Assembly: GCA_041675465.1 (NCBI GenBank)
Contig: JBAYTU010000002.1
Location: 17,821 to 81,820 of the forward strand
DNA: 64,000 bases
Direction of reading: 5' to 3'
DNA from: Terrimicrobiaceae bacterium
GTDB taxonomy: Bacteria; Verrucomicrobiota; Verrucomicrobiia; Chthoniobacterales; Terrimicrobiaceae
Shown: piece after piece, positions 27,078 to 37,138 of the stretch
Layout of the letters: each line of letters begins with the position of its first letter
Position numbering within the stretch: position 1 is the stretch's first letter
Made by a program: the position numbers and the translations under genes
The notes under the pieces: generated by a model
What the model saw: the letters and a program-made list of their open reading frames with translations, nothing else
What the model was told of the DNA's origin: nothing
Databases searched by the model: none

Positions 27078-27769
27078 ATTCCCGTGCTTTCCTGCTGGGG
27101 CCGCGCCGTGAAAACCATCTGGTATCCGAACAGCCCGGGAAAGGCGGAGGATGCCCAGGCATCGACCGGCCTGGTCAGCGCCCGGGAAAAAAGGCTCCGC
27201 CGGAACGGGATCGGAAACGAACCCTCCGCCTCCGCGGTCACCACCTCAAAACCGGATGAAGCCAGCAGCCTCTGCGCGCTCGCGAAGGTATACCACCGGA
27301 AATGCGTGTTGTCCATCAGCCCGGACTCCTCGTATTCGAATCGCCCGGCCAACAATTTCCACCTGTTCTTGTAAAAGAGCATGTTCGGCAGCGCCACGAC
27401 AAGCAGACCTCCCGGCACCAGCCGGTCGCGGATGTCGTGCAGCAGCTTGTTCGGCCAGCAGATGTGTTCGAGCACGTGCGAGCACAAAACGAGATCGTAG
27501 GAACCGGAAAGGCCCGCAGGAAGGCCCTGCTCCAAATTATGGATCACAACGCCGCGACAAAACTTCGATGCCTCGTCGCGCTCTGATGCGCTCAACGTAA
27601 TCCCGTCCACAACTTTTCCCGCAGCCTTCAGAATCCTCGCGTTGTCTCCCGCCCCGCACCCCACATCCAAAACCGTTCCGACTGTCGCGGGAACGCGCCT
27701 GAGAACGGCGGCGTTGCCATCGTTCTTGTAGGATTTCTTGTCCGCCGATCCCATCGTCGTTGGCGTCAT
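27074..27769 (-). CDS. Class I SAM-dependent methyltransferase
   Basis: ORF 27074..28177 trimmed to ATG 27769 (ATGA overlap). VLDVGCGAGDNARIL motif I. Confidence 0.8.
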   Translation of the reverse strand: MTPTTMGSADKKSYKNDGNAAVLRRVPATVGTVLDVGCGAGDNARILKAAGKVVDGITLSASERDEASKFCRGVVIHNLEQGLPAGLSGSYDLVLCSHVLEHICWPNKLLHDIRDRLVPGGLLVVALPNMLFYKNRWKLLAGRFEYEESGLMDNTHFRWYTFASAQRLLASSGFEVVTAEAEGSFPIPFRRSLFSRALTRPVDAWASSAFPGLFGYQMVFTARPQQESTGI

Positions 27770-28536
27770 GGCTTGAGCCGGTAATACAGGCGCCCGTAAA
27801 ATTCGCGGATCGCCGTCTCTGACACCTCCAGAGCCCCGGAGTTTGGAACCAGATCCATCAGGCTCACTGACGTCGGATGCGAACTCCTGAAATCGACGGG
27901 AAACGGGATGACTTCCATGCCGACCTTCTCGAAAAGGCGCTTGGCTCTCGGCATGTGGTAAGCCGATGTGACGAGCAAAACCCGGGGATTCCGGGACGGG
28001 ACGTTTTCGGCTGGATGGAAGCGCTCGCGAAGCACTTGCGAGACGCCGACGGCCTCGTCCGCAGTGTTCAAGACTTTTCGGGTCGTCGCCAGCGCCGCCG
28101 CCGGAACCCCGAGCAATCGGGCCTGCTCGACGAGGACCGCCCCTTCGGGTTGTGCCGCCGCATCCCACGGAAGCCATCCCCCGGTAAAAATCAGCAAAGG
28201 GGCCTTCCCCGCATTGTATAACTGCACACCGCCAAAAAAGCGATCCGGGTCATTCCACTCGATCACCTTGGATTTCCCCTGTTCGTTCACCCCGGCCCCA
28301 CTCAATACCACTATGGCATCCGCAGACAACGCTTCATCCGCCGTGAGCCGCTCCAGATTTCCTTCGAGGGAAGCGAACAGGTGTTTTGCGACAAGCGGCA
28401 CGCTGAAAAAACACAACACGCACAAGCCGACGAAAACGACGGCCCTCCTTTTGAGAAGCAGGCCCGCCGCCAGCAGAAGAACTGCCAGCGTGAACGGCAT
28501 GAAAAAAAGGGGAAGGATTTTGTGCAGGTAAATCAT
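27766..28536 (-). CDS. DUF218 / YdcF-ElyC family protein
   Basis: ORF trimmed to ATG 28536 (MIYLHKILPLFFMPF..., ATGA overlap). AIVVLSGAG and LLVTSAYHMPRA motifs. Confidence 0.75.
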   Translation of the reverse strand: MIYLHKILPLFFMPFTLAVLLLAAGLLLKRRAVVFVGLCVLCFFSVPLVAKHLFASLEGNLERLTADEALSADAIVVLSGAGVNEQGKSKVIEWNDPDRFFGGVQLYNAGKAPLLIFTGGWLPWDAAAQPEGAVLVEQARLLGVPAAALATTRKVLNTADEAVGVSQVLRERFHPAENVPSRNPRVLLVTSAYHMPRAKRLFEKVGMEVIPFPVDFRSSHPTSVSLMDLVPNSGALEVSETAIREFYGRLYYRLKP

Positions 28537-29447
28537 GGCTCCATGCCGGGACGGGCCCTGGGAACAACGGCATTGAAAAGAACGCCGGGGAAATGGGCGA
28601 CCCCCAGTTTCAGTCTCGTGCCGTCCTGCTCCCTCAAGCCGCTGGCCATGTGACGGGTCCAGCGCAGGAGCAGGTTGAAATACTGCCTGAGCAGATAGTG
28701 CCGGGCACTCTGGCCGGTTCGCCTGCAATACAGACGGATCGCACTCTCCATCATCCTGTGCTGGATGAACACCTTCCCCCAGTCGAACCCGCGAAGCGGC
28801 GTGTCCCCTTCGTCCGTCCTGATCAAAGGGAGGTCCACATACGCCATGTCATGGCTCAGCGAAATTCGCATCCACATGTCCACATCCGCCCAGTTCCGGA
28901 ATTCCTCGCGAAACGGCAGCAGATTTTCATACACGGACTTTCTCACCATGACGGTGCCCCAGATCGGCGAACTCCACTTGCCCAAAAAATGATTTTCAAA
29001 GAAGACGACCCCATCGCTGAGCGGTGGAATTTCCGTGTTGAGCCAGAATTGTGGCGGGGCATTCCCGGGGCGCGGCGACTCGAGCCCGCAGTAGACCATG
29101 CCAGCCGACGGGTTCCTGGCGAGTGCCTCCGCCCAAAGCTCGATGAGCCGGGGATCAAATTCGTCCGCGTCGTGCAGGTTGGCGATATAATCGCCTGTGG
29201 CCTGCGAGATCACCGCGTTGAGGTTGCCCGGCATGTTCAGGTTGCGCTCGTTCCGGTGGTAGACGAAATGCGGAAAAGCATCCTTCCATTTCATCGCAAC
29301 CGCCGTGGGGTCGTTTGGCGAGCAGTCGTCCCAGAGAAAAACCTCGTCGGGCACCCGCGTCTGACGCGCCAGAGACTCCAGTGTCACGCCCAGCTTCTCG
29401 GGACGGTTGAAGTGCGTCATGCAGACGCTGATCCGTGGAGCGGTCAT
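28533..29447 (-). CDS. GT2 glycosyltransferase
   Basis: ISVCMTHFNRPEKLGVTLESLARQTRVPDEVFLWDDCS and NLHDADE motifs. Confidence 0.8.
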   Translation of the reverse strand: MTAPRISVCMTHFNRPEKLGVTLESLARQTRVPDEVFLWDDCSPNDPTAVAMKWKDAFPHFVYHRNERNLNMPGNLNAVISQATGDYIANLHDADEFDPRLIELWAEALARNPSAGMVYCGLESPRPGNAPPQFWLNTEIPPLSDGVVFFENHFLGKWSSPIWGTVMVRKSVYENLLPFREEFRNWADVDMWMRISLSHDMAYVDLPLIRTDEGDTPLRGFDWGKVFIQHRMMESAIRLYCRRTGQSARHYLLRQYFNLLLRWTRHMASGLREQDGTRLKLGVAHFPGVLFNAVVPRARPGMEP

Positions 29448-30478
29448 GGCCTGTCCGCTCCGACGCGCTCCAGGATCGAAGCCATCACCTCGTCATTGGA
29501 GAGCTTCAGCCCGACCACCCGCTTCTTTGCGCGGACGGCCATCCGCGCACACTCCGCAGGGTCGGCCAGCAGCCTGCGGCAAGCCTCCGCACATTCATCC
29601 GGAGTATTCCAGAAAACCGCCTCGACCCCCTCCCGATACATCTCCATGTGCTCCGTCGTTCGCTCAGCGCAAAATGCCGCCGAGCCGATGAATGGGATTT
29701 CCACGGATCGCTGGGTGTGCAGGTCCTGGTTTCCCTTGGACAGCAGGCCGATGGCGATCCGCGCAGATTCAATCGCTTCGACATATGCCCTCCCGTAAAC
29801 CGACCCTCCCAGCCAGCGGCCTTTCAAGTCCGGCCACTCCGGCGAACGCCGCCAGCCATTGCCGAGAATGGAAAGCGACAAACCCCGCTGTAAAACTGCC
29901 CGCGCAAACGGGCCGCGTTCCGGCATCCAGCTCCCCACAAAAATCACGTCATGCACCTTCTTCGCTTCCGCCGCCCCGGGAGAAGGGGCATGCGCGACGG
30001 GATCGTAGGAAAAATAGACGCGCATCACGTCCTTTGCTCCGGCCCGACGTGCTTCGGACACATTCCCAACACGGGGAACAACCGTCAGATCGTGAAGGGG
30101 AAGGCATTGGCGGTAAAGGTCCCATTTTTTGTGGTCGCGGCTTTGAAACGCATTGTCGGTCATATAGTTGACCACCGGTGCGCGGGACTTTCTCAACCAG
30201 CGATAAAACGCGGGCGAAAGCTGCGCGCCGCAATCCACCCAAACCAAATCCCACGATTCATGCAGAAGCCGTGCGCGTAGCCGGGACGCCACAATGCCAG
30301 CAACGAGCCGGTATCCTGTCCGCACATTGAAGGAATCGAAAAACGGGATCCGCCCCTGCCCGGGAATAAGCCTGCCCGGATTCCATGCCGTCACCTCATG
30401 CCCCAGACGCCGCAATGCTTCGCGCCTCTGCGCGCATGTGCCGTCGGGCCAACTGTCTCCCAAATAAAGAATTTTCAT
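29444..30478 (-). CDS. CgeB-like / Glyco_trans_1_2-type glycosyltransferase
   Basis: Start at ATG 30478 (MKILYLGD, ATGA overlap with the ATPase stop). C-terminal FVGSW...EIPFIGSAAFCAERTTEHMEMYREGVEAVFW. Confidence 0.6.
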   Translation of the reverse strand: MKILYLGDSWPDGTCAQRREALRRLGHEVTAWNPGRLIPGQGRIPFFDSFNVRTGYRLVAGIVASRLRARLLHESWDLVWVDCGAQLSPAFYRWLRKSRAPVVNYMTDNAFQSRDHKKWDLYRQCLPLHDLTVVPRVGNVSEARRAGAKDVMRVYFSYDPVAHAPSPGAAEAKKVHDVIFVGSWMPERGPFARAVLQRGLSLSILGNGWRRSPEWPDLKGRWLGGSVYGRAYVEAIESARIAIGLLSKGNQDLHTQRSVEIPFIGSAAFCAERTTEHMEMYREGVEAVFWNTPDECAEACRRLLADPAECARMAVRAKKRVVGLKLSNDEVMASILERVGADRP

Positions 30479-31692
30479 TCCCAAAGCGACTGCACGGGCA
30501 GAAGGGTGAGCCGTTCGCCGAAGGAAACCACCTCCTCACCCGTGTAGAGCAGAACGCCCGCACGGAGCCGCTCGCCGAATTCTTCTGCCAACGACCGCAA
30601 GCCTCGAAAATCCTTGCTGGTGATCGTCGCACCGGCTTTTACCTCAACTGCGACAAGCCCCCCCCCGGGGCCTTCCATCAAGAAATCCACCTCTGTTCCG
30701 GCTGCGGTGCGGTAATGGTATAGCCCGGTTCTGAATGTTGCCGCCGCCCCGAGCTTCAGCAGCTCCATCCCCACGAAATTCTCCAGCAAGGCACCGAATC
30801 GGGAGCGATCCCGCATGAACGCACCGGCATCCAGACCGGCAAGGTGGGCGCACAACCCGGAGTCCGACAAAAGATATTTCGGTGACTTCACGAGTCGTTT
30901 CCCGCGATTTTCCGACCATGCCGGCAGGCGAACCAATAAAAAAAGAAGCTCCAGGAGCCCCATGTAGCGCACCAGCGTGGTGTGAGGAACTCCCAGAGCA
31001 CGTGAAAGCTCCGCCTGGTTGACCATCCCTCCCGTCCTGCTCGCCAAAAGCGATAACAGGCGCGGCATGTCGGTAAGCCCGGCAATTTGCGACAAATCCC
31101 GGATATCGCGCTGAAGGATTGCGCTCACGTAGGCGGCAAACCAAGCCGCCCGCCGCCCCGGGTCTTTCCTTGAAAATGCCTCGGGAAATCCTCCTGCCAG
31201 CACCCGCTCCTCGATCGTCATTCCGGCAGCCTCCATGCGCCCGCTCGAAAACGGTTTCCCTTGAAACAGCTTTTCAACCAAATTCCCGCCCGCCCCCACG
31301 ATTTCCGCCTGCGCCAACGGCCACAGCGTCAGAACCTCCATGCGACCGGCCAAGGACTCAGAAACGGAGGGCAGCAGCAGAATATTCGCGGAACCAGTCA
31401 GCAAAAACCTCCCGGGCCTCCTGTCCCGATCCACCTCCGCCTTCAAGGCGGGAAACATCGTCGGCACACGCTGGACCTCGTCAATAATCAGCCGCCCGCC
31501 CGATTTCAGCACTGCAACAGGATCCGCTGCAACCGCCCCCATCACCGCAGCGTCATCCATCGTGAAATACGCCCCGCCACCAAACTCCCGCACCATCGTC
31601 GTCTTGCCCGCCTGACGCGGCCCGTTAACGAAAATAACAGGCGTATCCGCCAAAGTTTCCTCCAAACGATTTCTTATTAATCTTCGATACAT
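30475..31692 (-). CDS. AAA-type ATPase with DUF4143-like C-terminal domain
   Basis: 405 aa. Walker A GPRQAGKTT and Walker B RLIIDEVQ. The C-terminal half resembles the restriction-endonuclease-like DUF4143 region. Confidence 0.8.
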   Translation of the reverse strand: MYRRLIRNRLEETLADTPVIFVNGPRQAGKTTMVREFGGGAYFTMDDAAVMGAVAADPVAVLKSGGRLIIDEVQRVPTMFPALKAEVDRDRRPGRFLLTGSANILLLPSVSESLAGRMEVLTLWPLAQAEIVGAGGNLVEKLFQGKPFSSGRMEAAGMTIEERVLAGGFPEAFSRKDPGRRAAWFAAYVSAILQRDIRDLSQIAGLTDMPRLLSLLASRTGGMVNQAELSRALGVPHTTLVRYMGLLELLFLLVRLPAWSENRGKRLVKSPKYLLSDSGLCAHLAGLDAGAFMRDRSRFGALLENFVGMELLKLGAAATFRTGLYHYRTAAGTEVDFLMEGPGGGLVAVEVKAGATITSKDFRGLRSLAEEFGERLRAGVLLYTGEEVVSFGERLTLLPVQSLWE

Positions 31693-31727
31693 GGTTTAAT
31701 TTTCACCACTTCGCGGTCAAAACCAAG

Positions 31728-32999
31728 TCAAATCGGCTTCGCGGGACGTCCGCATGCGGCAAGAATCGCCTCTCTCATTCCTGCGGCAGCCGCATCCAAC
31801 GAATACTGCGCCGCACGCGCGCGGCAGGCCCCCGCATAACGCGCTTGGCCGCCTGGAAATTCGGCCATCAGAGAACCCAGGGCACAGGCCAGGCCCCCGG
31901 CATCCCCGGCACGAAAAACCCGTCCCGTCCCGGTGTCAGGAACGAGATCATCGTGGCATCCCACCGCATCGGAGACGACGGCTGGCAGGCCAAACTGCAT
32001 CGCCTCGTTGACAACGAGCCCCCAGGTTTCCCGGGCTCGCGAAGGCAGGACGAATACGTCCCCGACAGCATAGGCCCGACCGATTTCTGCCTGATTCAAA
32101 AACCCGAGCATGTGGAGCCGGTCTCCCAGAACAGATCTCCCGGCATCCTCGACCTCCGTCCCGAGCGGGCCGCTTCCGGCCACCACAAGGTGCAGCGACG
32201 CCCGGTCCGGAAGGCGGCGGATGGCCTCGATAAGAACCAGCGGGTCTTTCTTCTCGATCAACTTTCCGCAAAACAAGAGCGCCACATCGTCTTTTCCGAT
32301 CCCGAGGGCTTCCCGGAGATCGGCCCGCCGACCCATCCACTCCACCCTCTGTGATTCCACCCAGTCGGAATTCACGCAGAATGGCGACCAGGACATCCTC
32401 GATTCTCCGACGCCGAATTTCCGGAGATGCCTCTTCGCCCGCTCTCCGACAACCGCAAAGTGCGAAACCGAGCGGTAGAGCGACCGCAGGATCACCGCCC
32501 GGACAGCGCGTTTGATGCCACGGCTCCCATAGGCTTCATCCGAAGCATCGTGACGCATCACCACCCGCGAACCGACAACGGCAGCCGCTGCAGCAATCCC
32601 ATACCAGAAGGCCGCATGGTAGGCGGTCATCACCACCGCATCCGGCCGCCCGGCCAGCAACGCTTTCACGGCCGACCTGGGCCCGGGCCGAAAAAAACTG
32701 GACCCGTCGACCTTCCCAAACCCATCGAGATACCGGAAGTCATACCCCTCGAGCAGAGGGACATCCCAGACAACGTCTTCCTCAAATTCCTTGTCGCGGT
32801 ATCCCCGCACGCTGAAATCGCTCCCGTAATAAACCGTCACGCCCATGTCCCCGAACCCCGCCAGCTTGCGCCAAAGCGGAGCGTAATACTGGATCGGGTG
32901 GGTGTTGAAGACAGCCACCCGGATTCTTCCCGGGGCCGTCCCGGTGGACACGTGGCTTTTCAAGGGCGGATCAACGGCGGATTTTGCGCCGGATGGCAC
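31728..32999 (-). CDS. GT4 glycosyltransferase
   Basis: IRVAVFNTHPIQYYAPLWRKLA and PSRARETWGLVVNEAMQFGLPAVVS. The ORF-track start is a GTG overlapping the upstream gene by 29 nt; a GTG at 32951 is an alternative. Confidence 0.85.
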   Translation of the reverse strand: MPSGAKSAVDPPLKSHVSTGTAPGRIRVAVFNTHPIQYYAPLWRKLAGFGDMGVTVYYGSDFSVRGYRDKEFEEDVVWDVPLLEGYDFRYLDGFGKVDGSSFFRPGPRSAVKALLAGRPDAVVMTAYHAAFWYGIAAAAAVVGSRVVMRHDASDEAYGSRGIKRAVRAVILRSLYRSVSHFAVVGERAKRHLRKFGVGESRMSWSPFCVNSDWVESQRVEWMGRRADLREALGIGKDDVALLFCGKLIEKKDPLVLIEAIRRLPDRASLHLVVAGSGPLGTEVEDAGRSVLGDRLHMLGFLNQAEIGRAYAVGDVFVLPSRARETWGLVVNEAMQFGLPAVVSDAVGCHDDLVPDTGTGRVFRAGDAGGLACALGSLMAEFPGGQARYAGACRARAAQYSLDAAAAGMREAILAACGRPAKPI

Positions 33000-33657
33000 T
33001 CATCAAACATCGGGCGGAAAGCTTGATCCCCAGACCGCCGGTGAGGACATGCTCGAAAAAGTCCGCGCGCATGGCCGGGACGGCAATCAGGCCGGGACGG
33101 GCATAAAGCATCGTATTAAAGCGATACCAAGGCGGCAGGTCGGAATGGTCGAGCAGCCTGGGACGGATCGCGTCGAGGGGCTCGTATCCATGCCTCCGAA
33201 ACTGTGCCGCCCACCAGTTCGCCCATTGCTCGTTCAGATGGTTTTGCCCGCCTTGTCCGGGAAATGCCGCGGAAAAAAGAACGGCGTCGCCGTGGCGGAC
33301 CAGACAATCCACGAACTGCCCGGCACAGGAGAAGGGGAGGTGTTCCGCCACTTCCAGGCTCACGACGAGATCGAACCTGCGCCCAAAATCAAACGGCCTC
33401 GTGAGATCCGCAGCCCGGAAGCGGTCGCGCGGGATGCAAAGCCGGTCCGTTGTGAGGTAGTCCCCGTCCACCGCGAGGACATCCTCGACCCCGGCATCGA
33501 AAAACTTCCGCGAGAAGTGACCGAGCCCGCAACCGACATCCAGCACGCTTTTCGGACGGAACATTTCCATCAAACACCCGACGACAATCTCTGCGGAGCG
33601 CAGATCGTTGCCCAGCTCCTCGCTGGAATGCAGATAGGCAGGCGGGGATTGTGTCAT
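32971..33657 (-). CDS. Class I SAM-dependent methyltransferase
   Basis: VLDVGCGLGHFSRKFFDAGVEDVLAVDGD motif I/II. Confidence 0.85.
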   Translation of the reverse strand: MTQSPPAYLHSSEELGNDLRSAEIVVGCLMEMFRPKSVLDVGCGLGHFSRKFFDAGVEDVLAVDGDYLTTDRLCIPRDRFRAADLTRPFDFGRRFDLVVSLEVAEHLPFSCAGQFVDCLVRHGDAVLFSAAFPGQGGQNHLNEQWANWWAAQFRRHGYEPLDAIRPRLLDHSDLPPWYRFNTMLYARPGLIAVPAMRADFFEHVLTGGLGIKLSARCLMSAIRRKIRR

Positions 33658-33684
33658 GATGAGAACCAGCAGGCAGGCAAAATG

Positions 33685-34323
33685 CTAAGGATGCGCTACC
33701 AGGTGGGCCAAGCTGTCAACCAGTTTGTGCAAAACCACTTTTTTTGCGGCGTGATACTCGCAAATGGCATCCGTCACCCCCCGATGAATTCCAAAATCAT
33801 GACACAGAATCTGAGTGTCCTTGCTGGCGACAGAAAGCGCCAGGTCGAGATCGCTTTTGCAGGCATGATACGAATGGTCCCCGTCTATGAAAAAAATCCC
33901 GATGTTTTTCGGAAGGTCGCGCGATGAAAGCTTGGCACTGTCCATTCGGATTGTTGTGAGACGGCCCGCCAGGCGTGCGGTGTTTTTTTGGAATTCTTCA
34001 AATGTGCTAAGTTTCTCCCCCATGTGAGGGGCCTTTCTGTCCTGAAAGTTGCTGGAGGGATCTTCGCACATCCCCTCGTTCATCCAAGTATCGATGCAAA
34101 TAAGGGGCGTGGCGAAATTCTCCGTCGCGGCCGCCATAACCGAGATCGAGGCACCGATCCAACTCCCGATTTCCACGATCGAAGAACCCTTCGCCAGAAG
34201 CCGGGCTGTCCGGAACAGGCTGATTCGTTCCCTGTAGGACATGTGGGTGGGAATGCGAAGTGGCCCGAACCCGATAATCCGGGCGGCGTAGAGATGTTGC
34301 AAGATTTTGTCCGGCGGGATCAT
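33685..34323 (-). CDS. Class I SAM-dependent methyltransferase (Methyltransf_24-like)
   Basis: SIVEIGSWIGASISVMA and IFFIDGDHSYHACKSDL motifs. Confidence 0.75.
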   Translation of the reverse strand: MIPPDKILQHLYAARIIGFGPLRIPTHMSYRERISLFRTARLLAKGSSIVEIGSWIGASISVMAAATENFATPLICIDTWMNEGMCEDPSSNFQDRKAPHMGEKLSTFEEFQKNTARLAGRLTTIRMDSAKLSSRDLPKNIGIFFIDGDHSYHACKSDLDLALSVASKDTQILCHDFGIHRGVTDAICEYHAAKKVVLHKLVDSLAHLVAHP

Positions 34324-34374
34324 ACCCGTATTTGTCTGTTCTTGTTGTTCATGTGATGTCGAAATCAGGCGATA

Positions 34375-35949
34375 TCAAACGCTTTCTCTGTCATCGTAAC
34401 GCGCCCGGTTCCGGGACCATGTGAAATCGAGATATTTTGAAACGAGCAAGCATAAAACCGCCGTGGCCAGCAGTTGCTTCGGCGTGTCGTAAAAAAACGT
34501 CCACCAGGTTCCGAGGACAGTCCCAAACGGCCTACTCCAAAAAAAAGTCAGCGTGAAGAGAAGCAAGACCCAACCCCAGAGGGTCCCGCGCCGCCACCAG
34601 GTCAACATCCACCGTACGAGTGCCCCGTAGATGCCATAGGCGGCCAGAACAACGAGGGGAATGCCCGCCCATCCAAACCTCCTGTAAGCATCGGCTGTCA
34701 GCGAAATGCTCATGCCGACCACCTGTGTCGGAGGAGTCCCGTAGGTAAGGATGATCGCCTCCGCATCCAGCAGCCTCGGTTTGTTCCTCGCGAGTGTCGT
34801 GGGGATCCACGTGAGTGGGATGGCCCCGAAGCCGGAAAAGCCGGCGTGGGCCACCGGCACCGGTGTCTTGGCGAACACCAATGCGTCTTCGACCCCCAAA
34901 AACGAATACCCGAAATCGAAAACCGTTTCGGGCCTCCACTTCGAGCTGTCCCAGTGGATGACGGAGCTGCCGAATGCCCGATACCTCGCCGAGACATCGC
35001 TTGCCCTGGACCGGTTGTATTCGTCCGACTGGCGATAAACATAAACCGCAAAAACAACGACAAACCCGGCTGCGGCGAGCGACGCGAGAACCATCTCGGT
35101 TTTCCACGTGCTGGAGGATCTGAAAAAGTAATATCCGGCCAACATGAAACAGCACGGGTAGAGGAGGTATCCCCTGGATCCGGTCACGAGCGCGGCGCAG
35201 AAATACGCGCCCACGAGAATGGCGACAACCGTTCTCCCCGCCCGTTTTTTGGCCCACAGCCGCGGCACGAAAACAAAACCGAGCATCCCCCATTTGGGCG
35301 CGATGGCGAACAGCAACCGCACGCAGGTCTGCAAGGCGTCAGGCTCGTGGAGAGCCGCGTTGAACTGGCCTTTGTCTTCGAGCCCGACACCGATCCGGAT
35401 CAGGACCATTCCCGCGCTGATCAGAAGGAGCACCCAGCCCATCACGTCGATTTCGCGTCGCAAATTTGGCCGCATGCCTCCGAACAACGAATCGCCCGTC
35501 AGCCGCGGGACCATCCTGAAGCCGCCGTAATAATACCCGATCCACGTCAACGGAAAGGACGCGAGAAAAACAAACTGGATCGTCCTCAGGGAGGGGTGCC
35601 AGTCCGCCACGCCGTAAATCGTCATCCTCAGCGCGTTGGGCACCTGCCAGTCCATGATCGGGATGCCGATCCCGACACCGAGCGCAGCCCAGCATGTCAC
35701 GGCCGTGAACGGAGGAAACAACATCCGGTCGATGAGCCGCCGTTCCAAAAAAAATGCGACGAATGCGGTGGAAATGCAGAGCGGGGCAAGCGCGACGACC
35801 GGCGAGAGCGGCCAGAGCGAAATCCCGGCGCAGACTGCGGCCAATACCGTCATCTGCGGCCGCATGATGATCCAGGAAAGAACAGGAAAACTCCTTTCGA
35901 ATTCTTTCGCTTCGCCAAGTGGTCGAAGGAGATGGAGGATGCGGTTCAT
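34375..35949 (-). CDS. Polytopic membrane protein, candidate repeat-unit polymerase (Wzy-like)
   Basis: 524 aa with at least 12 predicted TM helices. No recognisable transporter or GT motif. Assignment rests on context with Wzx and the PGT. Confidence 0.35.
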   Translation of the reverse strand: MNRILHLLRPLGEAKEFERSFPVLSWIIMRPQMTVLAAVCAGISLWPLSPVVALAPLCISTAFVAFFLERRLIDRMLFPPFTAVTCWAALGVGIGIPIMDWQVPNALRMTIYGVADWHPSLRTIQFVFLASFPLTWIGYYYGGFRMVPRLTGDSLFGGMRPNLRREIDVMGWVLLLISAGMVLIRIGVGLEDKGQFNAALHEPDALQTCVRLLFAIAPKWGMLGFVFVPRLWAKKRAGRTVVAILVGAYFCAALVTGSRGYLLYPCCFMLAGYYFFRSSSTWKTEMVLASLAAAGFVVVFAVYVYRQSDEYNRSRASDVSARYRAFGSSVIHWDSSKWRPETVFDFGYSFLGVEDALVFAKTPVPVAHAGFSGFGAIPLTWIPTTLARNKPRLLDAEAIILTYGTPPTQVVGMSISLTADAYRRFGWAGIPLVVLAAYGIYGALVRWMLTWWRRGTLWGWVLLLFTLTFFWSRPFGTVLGTWWTFFYDTPKQLLATAVLCLLVSKYLDFTWSRNRARYDDRESV

Positions 35950-35992
35950 TAGTCTGTTTGCAGGCTTCCAGCGCGTGCTTTTCTATCAATGC

Positions 35993-37135
35993 TTATGCGG
36001 GATTCCCGCAGTGGCCTCCCATGCATTTGTGCAAATAGTCCGCCAGCAGGGTTTCCAGCCTTGCCGAGGCAAAATCCCCGATGGCTCGCCGTCTTCCCGC
36101 CTGCCCCATTTTTCTGCACAAGCCCGGGTCTTCAAGCAGTTGGACGAGGCATTTTCTGATTTCTTCCGCATCGCCGGGAGCGTGAAGAAGGCCGGTCTCG
36201 CCATCCAGAACCGCATCGGTGATGCCATAGATCCGCGATGCGACGGACGGTAATCCCGCCGCTGCAGCTTCGATGAGAACAGACCCGAATCCCTCGCGAT
36301 AACTCGGAAGGCAAAAAATGTCGGCGGCGGCCATGTAATGCTCCACGTGGTTGGAATAGCCCACCGCATGGATGCCCGGGGATTTGTGATCGGCCAGGAG
36401 GTTTTCTTCATCCGGCCCCACTAAAATCATTTGGAGCCCGCGATAGCCGGATTGGAGGGAAGAAAACGCTTCGAGCAAATCGAGGACGCCTTTTTCCCGC
36501 TTCATGCGACCCGCATATAAAAGGCAGGGGCGGTCCGGGTCGATTCCCAGTCCCGCGCGAATGTTCTTCCGCGCATCGGAATCCGGGCGAAACTTTTCCA
36601 CGTCCACCCCCGAAATCGAGCCATGCCCGAGAACCTCGATGCAACCTGTTTTCGCGATCCCCTCCGCGACAAGGAAATCCCTTTGCGAGGGACTGTCGGC
36701 GAGCACATGCGTCGCGCAGCTGGCGATCACCCGATCAACCGCTTTGAGGACCGTCCGGGGGAGCCCTTTTTTGTTTGCCCAGACCTGCCCGGTAAAACAA
36801 TGAACTCTCACGGGGACGCCAGCTGCAAGCGCGGCCGCCATGCCCAGCAACCCGCCTTTTGGCGTGACGGTCAATACGACTTCGAATCGCCGGTTCACGT
36901 AGATTCTCCAAAGCCTCCAACACGCCAGCATGTCATGGCAGGGGGAAATCGCGCGGCGGATTTCCACGCCGAGCAATTCCACATCGTCCGGGAGCGAGAT
37001 GGAAATGTCCGACTCTTTCCTGTTCACGCAGACGACCACGCGCATGTCCCGGGCGAGCCGCTTGATATGCCCGAGCAAAAATGCGTTCAAGACGAACGGG
37101 CTCGTCAGCGTGATGCACAGGGACTTCACCGGCAT
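35993..37135 (-). CDS. GT4 glycosyltransferase
   Basis: PSYREGFGSVLIEAAAAGLPSVASRIYGITDAVLDGETGLL. Confidence 0.88.
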   Translation of the reverse strand: MPVKSLCITLTSPFVLNAFLLGHIKRLARDMRVVVCVNRKESDISISLPDDVELLGVEIRRAISPCHDMLACWRLWRIYVNRRFEVVLTVTPKGGLLGMAAALAAGVPVRVHCFTGQVWANKKGLPRTVLKAVDRVIASCATHVLADSPSQRDFLVAEGIAKTGCIEVLGHGSISGVDVEKFRPDSDARKNIRAGLGIDPDRPCLLYAGRMKREKGVLDLLEAFSSLQSGYRGLQMILVGPDEENLLADHKSPGIHAVGYSNHVEHYMAAADIFCLPSYREGFGSVLIEAAAAGLPSVASRIYGITDAVLDGETGLLHAPGDAEEIRKCLVQLLEDPGLCRKMGQAGRRRAIGDFASARLETLLADYLHKCMGGHCGNPA

Positions 37136-37138
37136 CTT

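Noticed and set aside
24072-27374. The longest ORF in the track (plus strand, 1100 aa)
   Set aside because: It lies antisense to four well-supported minus-strand genes (GT4, PGT, flippase, methyltransferase). Its translation is Arg/Pro/Gly/Gln-rich low-complexity sequence with no recognisable domain. This is a typical shadow ORF in roughly 60%-GC DNA.
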